Shown here: piece after piece, positions 1-11,910 of the stretch
Layout of the letters: each line of letters opens with the position of its first letter
Position numbering within the stretch: the first letter of the stretch is position 1
DNA from: the human T2T-CHM13v2.0 reference genome, Homo sapiens
DNA: 64,000 nt
Assembly (NCBI RefSeq): GCF_009914755.1
Contig: NC_060926.1
Strand: one strand, 5' to 3'
Translations under genes and position numbers: made by a program
The notes under the pieces: model-generated
Seen by the model: only the letters and a program-made list of their open reading frames with translations
Databases searched by the model: none
Told to the model about the DNA's origin: nothing

Positions 1-88
1 AGGTTGCAGTTAGCCAAGACTGCGCCACCACACTCCAACCTGGGTGACAGAGTGAGACTCCATCTCAAAAAGAAACAAACAAAAAAAG
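1..88 (+). mobile_element. Alu 3' end, cut by the window edge
   Basis: aggttgcagttagccaagactgcgccaccacactccaacctgggtgacagagtgagactccatctc followed by an A-rich tail. Confidence 0.9.
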
Positions 89-776
89 ACGTCAAGACTT
101 TTTAAGGAGTTAGTTTGAGGAGCAACCAGGAATAATTAGTGAATTTAATATAAAATAAACTAAGATAGACTATAACCCAGACATTGGAAGTTGCAATAGA
201 TGTTGTTATTTTCTTAACCAACCATGAAGGTTCCCTTCTTGCCTTGGCACACCACTTTTAGAGGCTTCCCTAGGAAACTACTGGTACATATATACCTTTC
301 CTTCAAACACGTGCTCTTCTTCAAATGAGGCCTATGTGAAGAAATGTCTGTCTGCCTTCATGATTAAGTCATCTACTTCTTTGTTACTTTTTCTGTATTA
401 ACTAATTCCATGGCTAAGGATTGCTCCACATGTACATACTTACTCAATTCCCTTGTATAAATGACTTATGATTTTTCAAATTGAGAACAGAATATTAAAT
501 TTTGCAGCTCAATGTCATTCTGTGACAGCACTGAATGTCTTGGGACATTTTGAATTTTATGTTCCTTGTTCTGTCATCATGTCTTTTGGATAAGATTTTA
601 ATTTATCTAGTATCTTTAATCTTATTTTTATAGAACCTATCTAGTAGAAAAAAGTCACTAGAACTAGGCTACGAAATTGAAGGCAAAAAAGCGTTATTCT
701 TGTAGCCCCATCAAGAAAATGTTAGCTTTCAACTCATGAGTGGTATCTTCCAACCATGTCCCCTTGCTCAAAGTAG

Positions 777-1246
777 TGATAGGGTTGAGACATGCCCAAT
801 ATGCCACCTTTGCCCATTAGAAAATGACAGAAGCAGGAAGGTCTCTGTGACCTTCCCTCCACCCCTCTTTCCTGAAACAGGTCATGAAAGCTAGAAAGGA
901 TTTTCTGACCTCCCCTGAAGCAGGTCACAAACTCTCATGTAGAGGTGCCCTTCCTAAGCCCTGAGGAAAGGAATATCCTTGTCTCTGAAGACACAGGGAC
1001 ACAGAAAAGAATCTGAACAACAGGCCTTGCTAAGTTTCCCCAGTTTATTACCATTAGATCATACCTCCTAGCATAAAACTACCGAGATTTTAACCATTTC
1101 TTCAGGTCTTTATTTCCTCAGAAGGCTCCTATGTCATATAATACTTGTATTAAGTTTGTGTACTTTTTTGGGTAATCTGTCTTTCGTTACAGACCTCAGC
1201 CATGAACCTGAGATGGGTAGAGAAAAGGTATTTCCTCCCTCTTACA
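777..1246 (+). mobile_element. ERV1 solo LTR, MER34-like
   Basis: Motifs agaagcaggaaggtctctgtgaccttcc and gaatctgaacaaacaggccttgctaagtttcccc; ends ctccctcttaca. The 5' boundary is approximate. Confidence 0.6.
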
Positions 1247-2351
1247 GAAGTAAATAGCAGTCCTGTGGTGTTTTAAAACACAAAGAATAAAAAAGAGATA
1301 ATAAAAAGGTAGAGGATATGAGAAATGAACTGAATTTGATAAATATTCAATGCAGCTTTTGGCAATTTTTAACATTCCTTACATCAAGATGATAAAAGTA
1401 ATAGTGTCTTTGTATTTGTTAAAAACAATAAATAAATAAATAAAGGAGAATAAGAGACTCACAAAAAACTCATTCTCCTAAGAAAATTAAGAACAAAAGA
1501 TAATAGAAAAGAGTAGAAGCTTTTGTTCCAGAGATTCCTTTCTACTGCACTTCTTTTGTCACACAGAGTAAGTAGTTCTTATTTTGTTCTTTGTTATCTT
1601 TTGATTTTGTCTGTTATAATAATTGAAGTCCCTAAGGAATCGCAAGTTAGAGAAGCAAGAAAGTAGGTGGGAAGGGAAGGCAGAAAGGTGTTGCAGGACA
1701 GGAGGAGGAGTGAGTAAGAGGCAGTGTTAAGTGTCATATATCAAGTCAAGTTTACCTAGTCAGGTAGATAGAAAGAGAAAACTCAAATTCCCCCATATCT
1801 GAATTAAAAAAAAAAAAAAGAAGAAAATGAAGGAGAAAAGAAAAAAGAGAGGAGTAAAAGGGAAGACAAGAAGGAAAAAAAAGTTTGTTCAAAAACACTA
1901 GCATAGGAAATGCTATTTCTCAGGAAAATTAAAAGCATAATCCATAACAGTCTAATGGTAGGTACTTGAATTTCACTTTGAACATCATTATTTTTAGGCC
2001 AGAATCATACCAACCCTTAACACCCTACAATTATGAAAAAATATATATTTTTGAAGGCAGAGATATTAAGTTTCTATGTACATACTAAAATTAAAAATTG
2101 CATTGACTTTGTAGCCCAATATCTTATCAATGATAACACTGTAATGTATAATTCACAATATTTTGTGCTTCATAGATTGAAAAATCCACAAAGAATTCTT
2201 ACTTTTCATTTTCATCTCTTCTCACTTTCAAGGATTTAACAATATTATTTCAAAGTTTCTTTCCAAACAAGTGCTTGAACACAGCTACCTATTCTATTCC
2301 AATTACCAAATTTAAAAATACTGTTCATAATACTCACATTTTTATAGAAAG

Positions 2352-2545
2352 CAGGGATTAGCAGACACGAACCCATGAGACAAATCTGGTCCACTGACTG
2401 TTTTTGTAAATAAAGTTTTATTGAAACATAACCACGTGCATTGGTTTACATATTAGCCATGGCTGTTATCATACTGCAATAGTAGAATTGAACAGCTTCA
2501 ATAAAAACCACATGGCCCACAAAGCCTTATAATATGTACCTATTA
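2352..2545 (+). mobile_element. MER58A-like hAT-Charlie DNA transposon
   Basis: tgtttttgtaaataaagttttattgaaaca...catggcccacaaagcct resembles the MER58A consensus. Confidence 0.75.
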
Positions 2546-3121
2546 TAATTAGATAGTAAGTAGCTATTTTATAAGAGACACTACTGCAAAATCCAGTATG
2601 ATTACAGAGGCTATAAACTTCTACCAAAGCCAAGCCTATTCCATGTATTTGTATTCAAAAGATGGGAAAGCCATTGATCAATGGAGTGCTATAATAAATC
2701 TTAACAGATGAAATATAAATACAGCTGGGCAGACTGGGTTCACTGATAGCTCATATTGTCTAAACTCAAACTGATGAAATATAGAACCTTAGAGATATAC
2801 CTGTAATAACCCCCACCTTTTATTTATGCATTAAATAAAACATTATGAAGTATCTAGTTGTTTAAAACACTGTGAAAAAAAGCTGAGATACAATAGTGGA
2901 CGAGTTCTTACCCCAAGGTGCTTAAGGTTCTATACACTAACCTGGTACTCAACTCTCTTCAATTCTATGGTCACTGGCTCAATTTAGGTTTTCTCCATTT
3001 CCTGCATGGATTGTTGCGCTAAACTCCTAACTAATCTTTGATATCTAGTATCCCTGCATTACATACAGTTGTCTTTGTAGAACACATACTTGATTATATC
3101 TGGTTTCTTTAAAAATTTGGG

Positions 3122-3234
3122 GCCAGGCACGCCAATAATCCCAGCACTTTGGGAGGCTGAAGTGGGAGGATTGCTTAAGCCCAGTAGCTAGAGACCAGCC
3201 TAGGCAAGACAGGTAGGTCCCATCTCTACTGGGG

Positions 3235-3262
<28 letters not shown>
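3122..3262 (+). mobile_element. Alu left monomer (FLAM-like) with long pure A tail
   Basis: ggccaggcacgcc...aatcccagcactttgggaggctg...gagaccagcct...catctctact, then about 28 A. Confidence 0.85.
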
Positions 3263-3267
<5 letters not shown>

Positions 3268-3371
3268 ATGGCTTCCCACAGTCTACCTCACAAAGTGTCG
3301 GCTTTATCTCCTACTATTAATGTTTCCCCCAAGAATCCTCAGCACTAGTCAGACTGGTTTCCCTGCTACTA

Positions 3372-3610
<239 letters not shown>

Positions 3611-4236
3611 GAAATCATAAACCTTCCAAAAACACAAAATTTTTACTCCAAAGCATTTTTTTATTTCATTTTCACTGCCAAATTTAATCCTTTCTCAAGT
3701 ATTGTACAGATTTTCTCTAATACGTGTTTCCTTTCTTTTTACCTCTACTCCTCCAACATGTTTCCAAATTCATTTCCTCACCTTTGAATGATTGCTATGG
3801 CTATGTATCTGGTACATTGTGATACTGTCCCAAATATACCCACCTCTCTTTCAAAAACACAAATCTATCTTCCAAGCCTCATCTACCACTTTCCTTCTAC
3901 ATACACATTGTGTACACACTAAAATGTATTCGTCACTATTCCCTAAATATCTATATTCTTTTCCACCTCCACATGATGTACTTTTCTTCCCCTAGAATTT
4001 CATCATCAGTATCTTTACATTAACCTTCCTTCATGTCTCAGCTCAATTCATCTTTCTGCCGTAAAACATTTTCTAATGAAGCCAGCTAATGCTGATTTCT
4101 TTCATCACGAAATATTGGTTATAATTATTGCTTTTACACAGCAATTAGACAATTTATTGCTTGCTGTCCTATTTTCTAATTAGTGACATTTGTTCATATA
4201 TTTTGTATTAGTATGTGTTGGTCTTTCTAGCTAAAC

Positions 4237-4458
4237 CAGTGGTTGGCAAGCTTTTTCTATTAAAGGCCAGATGGTAGATATTTGGACTTTTGCAGGCTTT
4301 ATGTTCTCCATAGTAATTATTCAACTCTGCTACTATAACACAAAAGCAGCCACAAAACAATACGTGAATGAAGAGGTGTGACTGTGTGAAAATAAAACTT
4401 TATTTACAAGACAGAGGGCTGAATTTAGCCTGAGGGTTGTACTTTGTCACTCTCTGAG
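4237..4458 (-). mobile_element. MER58A-like DNA transposon
   Basis: cagtggttggcaagctttttctattaaaggccagatggtagatattt...aataaaactttatttacaag is the reverse complement of the MER58A pattern. Confidence 0.75.
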
Positions 4459-4495
4459 CTAGACAGGTGATACGCTGGCGGGAACTAAGAGAGAT

Positions 4496-4520
4496 ACACA
4501 CACACACACACACACACACA
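4496..4520. repeat. (AC)n microsatellite
   Basis: Directly visible, about 12 units. Confidence 0.95.
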
Positions 4521-5758
4521 TTGTTTTTTCCTAAAATTTCTATGGTATCTATTATTGTGTTAGAGGTAGGGACATTTGGATTCATATGCATGTACGTAAA
4601 TGTATGTGGGTATATATTCTAAAATTGCAGCAATCTAAAAATCTAGAAAGTTAATTTTCTAAAGCACATCATAGCTTCAGGTGAAAAGATTAAATAATGC
4701 ATAACTACAATACTTCATAGGAGAAATGTGTTAATTGTGCAATCACACAAGACTGATGTGTGCTCTGGGAAGAAAAATAATATCATTAAATATAATTTCA
4801 CATTTGATTCAAACTGTATTTAATTATAGTCCATTTCTCACCAGGGAAAAGAAAAAAACACTTTAAATCCAAACAACCAGTTTTTCCAATAAATTCAAAT
4901 AAAATACACATAAATGTTCATGCAATATAAAATATGTATATTTGTTTACCTAATAAAATCATGCTCAAAGCAGAATGCCAGGATCCAATTTGTTAGGTAG
5001 AGAAAGATTTTTCTCCCTCCCATGTAGTCATTTTTGATAGTAACTAATATTCATCCTGTTAATGAACCTTATTTGTATGAGAACAATTACTCTTGTAATA
5101 AAATAATGTTTATTAGTAATTTTCCTTTAGGAAAGGACTTATTAGTTTTAAAGAAAGGAATTTTCAGAAGTACTTTGCAATTAACCACTAATCTGAAATC
5201 CTATTTTCCCTATGACAGACATCTTCAAGTGATAAGTTTAACATTTCACATTGAAGAACTTGAGTGAATTCCTTATTTAAAATATATACACCTAAAATAT
5301 GTGCAAGTAAAGCATGCTTTACTTTCACCAGATTCTAACAGTATTATTTATGAGGGAGCAATGTTCCTCAAATTATGTCATACTTTATGAATTAATTTTA
5401 TACTGTACTGTATAAAGTAGAATATAACATGTCTAAAAATTTCATCTGATCTTTTACAGGTATCTCTACAGAGAGAGTTTTTAAAAACCACAAAAAACAT
5501 TTCTATCTGTATGCAGCTTTTGGTGTAAAAGGATGAAAATATATATACAATATAATGTTACATTTATAGGGGAAATGTGTCTTAAAATACCAACTAACTT
5601 TCAGTCGTTCTAAAGAGATGACATGTCTATCTGGTATCTTAATTTATTCTCTGTTAATGTCACTTGTTACATGCTTTGAAAGAAAAAAAAACATATCAGG
5701 GAAGTTTCTATTTTTACAATGATTCTATATTCACAATATTTTAAAAAACCATCTAGGA

Positions 5759-5999
5759 CAGTGGTTCTCAATCCTTGGAGATGGTGGTGATTTTGCCTCC
5801 CAAGAAACATTTGGGAATAAATTGAGACATTTTTGGTTGTTATGACTTGGAGTACTGTTGGCATCTTAGTGAACAGAGGTGAAGGATCTAATAAACATTG
5901 TACAATTCACAGGAAGTGTAGCTGAGAACTATCTAGCCCACAACTAGCAAAGAATTATCTGGCCCAAAATATGTAATGTGCAGACACTGAGAAGCCCTG
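5759..5999 (+). mobile_element. MER20 hAT DNA transposon
   Basis: cagtggttctcaa...gattttgcctccc...gacatttttggttgt...aagaattatctggcccaaaat...gagaagccctg, with terminal inverted repeats. Confidence 0.8.
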
Positions 6000-6139
6000 A
6001 TTTTGGAGTAGAACTAGGGATTCTGCATTTTAAAATAGGATACATGTTAGATCACATAAATCTCATACCGATAGTATATAAATATATGAAATAAAGAGAT
6101 GCTAGATACGAGTTAACAGTGAGGAGAACAATACAATGT

Positions 6140-6236
6140 ATTATGTATGTATGTATGTATGTACGTGTATAACCTCTATCCTACATTATCAACTCTGCTA
6201 AAAAAATTATTTTATATATAATATATATTTTATATA

Positions 6237-6277
<41 letters not shown>

Positions 6278-6288
6278 GAGAAAGAGAA
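6140..6288. repeat. (TATG)n, AT-rich and (GA)n simple repeats
   Basis: Directly visible; about 15 GA units at 6241-6270. Confidence 0.9.
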
Positions 6289-6317
6289 ATTTAATTTATA
6301 TGACAAGTAGTTAGATC

Positions 6318-6719
6318 TTTCTTTTTCTTTTTAAGTTCCAGGGTACATGTGTAGGATGTGCAGGTTTGTTACATAGGTAAACATGTGCCATGGTGGTTTG
6401 CTGCACAGATCAACCCATCACCTAGGTTTTAAACCTAGTATCCATTAGCGATTTTTCCTGATGCTCTCTCTCCCCTATCCCCACCCCTCGACAGGCCCCA
6501 GTGTGTGTTGTTCCCCACCATGTGTCCATGTGTTCTCAATGTTCAGCTCCCACTTATAAGTGCGAATATGTGGTGTTTAGTTTTCTGTTCCTGCTTTAGT
6601 TTGCTGAGAATAATGGCTTCCAGCTCCATCCATGTCCCTGCAGAGAGCATAATCTCATTCCTTTTTATGGCTGCATAGTATTCCATGGTGTATATGTACC
6701 ACATTATCTTTATCCAGCC
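6318..6719 (-). mobile_element. L1PA 3' end, 5'-truncated
   Basis: Antisense L1 3'UTR (gggtacatgtgtaggatgtgcaggtttgttacataggtaaac...ggctgcatagtattccatggtg), flanked by the direct repeat tagttagat at 6308 and 6720. Confidence 0.9.
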
Positions 6720-6728
6720 TAGTTAGAT

Positions 6729-6860
6729 TTTCTTTTTTTCTGAAAATACAGGGTTTCACCATGTTGCCCAGGCTGCTCTTGAACTTGTGAGCTCAAGTGA
6801 TTTGCCTGCTTCGGCCTCCCAAAGTGCTGGGTTTACCAGTGTCAGCCATCGGGACTGGCC
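6729..6860 (-). mobile_element. Alu left monomer (FLAM-like)
   Basis: gggtttcaccatgttgcccaggctg...cctcccaaagtgctggg...ctggcc. Confidence 0.85.
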
Positions 6861-7453
6861 TAGATCTTAATATAGTAAATTGTGGAAGCAAATAATTTAA
6901 GCAACCTGCAAGTATTTGAGATTCACCTCCACCATGCTGCAACATGTTTTTGAGGGTATTTCTTTTTGACAAAAAAGAAAAAAAAAACCTTTTATTAATC
7001 ATGTGAAAAGTATTCCCCATAATTCTAATTGAAAATATTAATAGTCCTATATGAAATCCCTCATCCTTCAGGTTTTGTAAGTGATACTTTGTCCTCTAAG
7101 GAGTGAATTAGTGAGGGAGTATCAATAATATTCTTAAAATATAACATTTTTTATTGTGAAATAAGCTTATCCTGTTTTCTTATAGATGTTGTCAAGAAAA
7201 GTTTAATTTTCTATAGACATATTTTTCTGATGCAATTGGAGGCACTTAAATCATTTCGATGTTAAACTACTTTTTGAGAAACAGCTTGCAATTTTCCTAT
7301 AATGGACAGTGGGATTTTAAAAAAAATGATTTTAAAAGTTAAAGAAATAATTTATTTTATTATATTATGCTAGAAAATGTGCCAAGTGTTTTATAAGCAT
7401 TATTTTATTTATTCCTCTTAATGGTAACCTTTGTTTATGAAAATAAATTGCCT

Positions 7454-7769
<316 letters not shown>

Positions 7770-8716
7770 TTGCCTTCATTTTGCAAAGGCTAAACTTAAC
7801 TTTGAGAAGGTAAAAAAGACTCAGTCAAGATCACACAAGTATTAAAAGGAGAACAGAAAGATTCAGGTTCCAGAGTCCAGGTTTTAACTACTACAGTACA
7901 CAACCTCTCTATGTGAAGCAATTCATTCTGATTTATTCACTCGTTCATTCATGGGCCAATTGATGGATGTCTTATAAAACAGGGATGTGAAATGGAGACT
8001 GAGTTAGAGTATAACTGGTATGATTACATTTGATCTAATTATTGTTGTAACTGTGGAGAAACCTCTCAATGTCTTACTCATTCTCTCTTTTTCTGGGTTT
8101 TGATTCTTTTTTAAAAGGAAGTCATATTATTATCTAAAACAGTTTGTATATTTACTAGTTGCTATGTTTTCAAAATAAAATTTAAAAGGAGCAGTTGAGT
8201 CAGTAGCCTGACTTTGAAAGTAAACTAAAATGTTCCTGCAAAAACAGTACTATTTTTATCAACAAACATTTAAGACCCCTTTAAACCAAGTTCTGTTTAC
8301 ATGAAAAATAAGTTTCTACAAAAAGAGAAAAACATAATTGGTGAAAATCTAACAGATAAAGGGTTTGCAGCACTCTGTAATTAAAATAACAATCACATTC
8401 TTGAAAGATTTTTTTTTTTTAATTCCAATTAGAGCAGCTAAGGAAAGAAACACAAAAGAAAACAGAAAAACCCAGGGTGGTAGATTCTTGCTGGGTTTAT
8501 GAGAAAATTTAACCCTGCACCTGGAGTGGTGATGAAGAAAACACCTTTGGGCTGAGTGAGGACACAGAGAAAAATGACATGGTAGATGGGTGGTAGAGAA
8601 GAAGCATACAAAAGAAGAGTTAGATTTCACTTTCTCCATGGTTACAGACAACTCCCTTACAGGGTGGGGGAGGAGAGTTTGGCGGCAATGTGTAAAACGA
8701 AGTAAGAGAATTGTGC

Positions 8717-8764
<48 letters not shown>
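8717..8764. repeat. (ATCT)12 tetranucleotide STR
   Basis: Twelve perfect units directly visible. Confidence 0.95.
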
Positions 8765-8765
<1 letters not shown>

Positions 8766-8861
8766 ATTTATCTAATTTATCTATTTAAGTTATTTAACAA
8801 ACACTTTTAAAGTGCTTAGTACTTGCCAGGTATCTTCTAACTGCCTAAAAGAGACTAATGT

Positions 8862-9193
<332 letters not shown>

Positions 9194-9939
9194 TTACAGA
9201 TTTACAAACAAGCAAACAAACAAATACTAATGTAGAGAAACAAACTAATACTAATGCACAAGAAGTCAGGATTTGACAAATTTGGAATTTGAACCCAAGC
9301 AATCTGGCTCTAGACTAAGCTGATTGCTATGAAGGTATTTTTTTTGGAATTTACTGTTTGACTGAACAATCTAGTTCTATTTAGTAAATTATATTTTGTA
9401 GTAAAAAGAGTTGAAAGTTATACTAATAGCTAATGTCAGACCTATTTAGGATCACGAGGACATATGCAAACAAACCCACTGAAATTGCTCTCACTAAAAT
9501 TATCACTGACCTTTTTCCAGGTTGCCAAATCCAATGAATGCATTTATGTCTTTATTTTTATTGGCTTTTCTACAAAAGCAAATACTGTTGGCTAGTGTTA
9601 GCTTGAAACTGTTCCTTTTGTGTGTGTGTGTGCGCATGCACACGCTTTCTCTTTTTGTCCTGAAATCTGTTGGTGCCCTTTTTCTGAGCATTCTTCTTTG
9701 CCTTCCTTTTTAGTGTTGCAGTTTCCAAGGCTCTATCATTGCCCTTTTTCATTTTCTGTAATACTCTTAAGAAATCTTATCTACATTTTGCCTTCAATCT
9801 ACAATTGAATAACTATGAAAGTTCTAGTTTTAGACCAAAGCTTCCTTCCTTTTTAGCCTTAAATATTCAACTGTATCCCAGAAGTATCTCAAATTCAGCA
9901 CATTTCAAAGTTTAATTTTTCAGATAATCCTTTAAGTGA

Positions 9940-10240
9940 AGTGTCTGCAAATGATGGCCTAAAGGCTAATACTGGCCGGTGAGCAACTTGTTTGTACGGT
10001 TGGAAAAAAAAACCAAATGAAGAATACTATTTCATGGCACATAAAACTTGTATGAAATTCAAATTTCAGTGTCCAGAAATTAAGTTTTATTGGCACACAG
10101 CCACACTTATTCATTTCCCATATGACTGCTTTCACATTACAACTGCAGCAGAGTAACTGCAACAGAGAACACATGGCCCACAAGTCCTCAAATATTCATT
10201 ATTATTATTTGGCCTTTCACAGAATACATTTGCTGACCCT
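9940..10240 (+). mobile_element. MER58B-like DNA transposon
   Basis: tatgaaattcaaatttcagtgtcc...aagttttattggcacacagccac...tggcctttcacagaatacatttgctgaccc. Confidence 0.7.
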
Positions 10241-10414
10241 CTCTCTTAAAGCCATCCCATATTCTTCCTCCTTTCCCCAGGTTTCCCACTCAAATCTCTA
10301 TCACCACTTTTTAATGATTTCAACTCTAAGTATATCTCATCAGAGACCATTTCACCTACAAGCATCTCCCAGATTTTGGCATCAGCCACCTCCTGATCTA
10401 CTGAAGTAGCTTCC

Positions 10415-10960
10415 TGTAATGGTTATCTTTATATGTAAATTTGACTAGTCTAGAGAATGTCTAGATAGCTGGTAAAATGTTATTTCTGGGTGTGTTTCTG
10501 GAAGAGATGAGTATATGAATTAGTATACTGGGTTAGAAGTTTCCTGCCCTTGCCATTACAGGGAAGCATCATCCAATCTGTTGAAGGCCGAAATAGAATA
10601 AAAAGGTAGAGGAAAGGCAAGTTTGTTTCCTGTTTGAGCTACGACATATATCTTATCCTACACTCCATAATTGGCACTCCTGGTTCCTGGGCCTGTGAAC
10701 TCCTGGACCTGGACTTATGCCATTATCCACCTACCCTTCCTGGTTTTTAGGCCTTCAGATTTGGATTGAGTTACACCACTGGTTTTCCTGGTTCTCCTGT
10801 TTGCCTACAGTAGGTTGTGGAACTTCTTGGCCTCCATAAGCATATGAGTTACTTTCTAAAATCAATCTCTCTATCTCTGTGTGTCTGTGTGTGTGTATAT
10901 ATATATATGTGTTACACACACACACATATATATTCTATACATACATACACACACATATAC
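10415..10960 (+). mobile_element. MLT2 (MLT2D-like) ERVL LTR ending in a TG/TA/CA microsatellite
   Basis: Starts tgtaatggttatctttatatgtaaatttgactag...gatagctggtaaaatgttatttctgggtgtg; the 3' end is approximate. Confidence 0.75.
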
Positions 10961-11069
10961 ACTTCAATCCTGTCTCTCCAATCAATCCTTTACAAATTTC
11001 TATCATGCAAATCTGTTCTTTTTACTCCTTTGACCATTTTTTAAAAAATTGTTTCTCTCCTTTTCTTAG

Positions 11070-11240
11070 AGGAATGGTTCTGAAGGCAGCATCATATCCC
11101 CTGGGAATTTGTTAAAGATGCAAAATGTCAAACCCCACCTAAGACCTACTGAATCAGAATCTCTGGGTAACGCCCCCCAATATGTGTTTTAATAAGCCCT
11201 CCATTAATTTTAATGCACACTTATGTTTAACATCATTGGA
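11070..11240 (+). mobile_element. MER5A DNA transposon
   Basis: ccccacctaagacctactgaatcagaatctctggg...tgtgttttaataagccctcca. Confidence 0.75.
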
Positions 11241-11660
11241 ACCATTTATCCCAGAGGAAAAAACTGTGTATTTCTTTGTGGGGATATTATTTGAGTGTGA
11301 GCATGATCTGACCCCTGCCCAATCTTGTCTCTGATTTATTCTTTCCTCACTTGCTGCTTCGATCTGCAAATGTGAAAATGCAACCCCTCCAAGTTAGTAA
11401 TTTGCCTCAGGTAACATGGCTAGTGACTGACATGAGGGAAGAATTAAACTTAGCTAATCCCAAGGTTTGTTTCGTTTTTAGTACCACACCCTGCTACTTT
11501 TAAATTTCATTTACTATACTCTTACATTCAAAATCCATCTATCATAACAATGATTGTATCTATCCTAATTGTTAATTTAGTCTGTTCCTCCTCTTAGACT
11601 ATAAACTCCAGGAAGGTAAGGAAGTTTGTCCAAGGAGAATGTCAAGAAAACATGACTCTC

Positions 11661-11687
11661 TACTGCCATCTGGTGATATGATGCAAC
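11661..11687 (-). promoter_or_regulatory. Candidate CTCF binding site (core plus upstream-module-like bases)
   Basis: Minus strand reads TGTTGCATCATATCACCAGATGGCAGTA; the core fits CCASYAGRKGGCAG except at the first base. Motif match only. Confidence 0.5.
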
Positions 11688-11739
11688 AATTCCAAGAGGA
11701 ATATATGTGCATTTAATGTCTTCTGCTTGCAGAATGCAG

Positions 11740-11910
11740 TGAGTAAAACAAAAGCTTGGCTTCAGACTTCTGTTCAGATAACAGAACGATTATCCCCTGG
11801 CTGTTAGACCTTGAGCAATTTACTTAGTATTTCTCTGTCTTAGGTTCCTCATCTGTGAAACTGGATGGCTAACAATTTTTCTCACGGAAATGCAATGATA
11901 ATCAAGTTAG
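11740..11910 (+). mobile_element. MIR fragment
   Basis: gaccttgagcaatttacttagtatttctctgtcttaggttcctcatctgtgaaactgg matches the MIR core. Confidence 0.6.
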
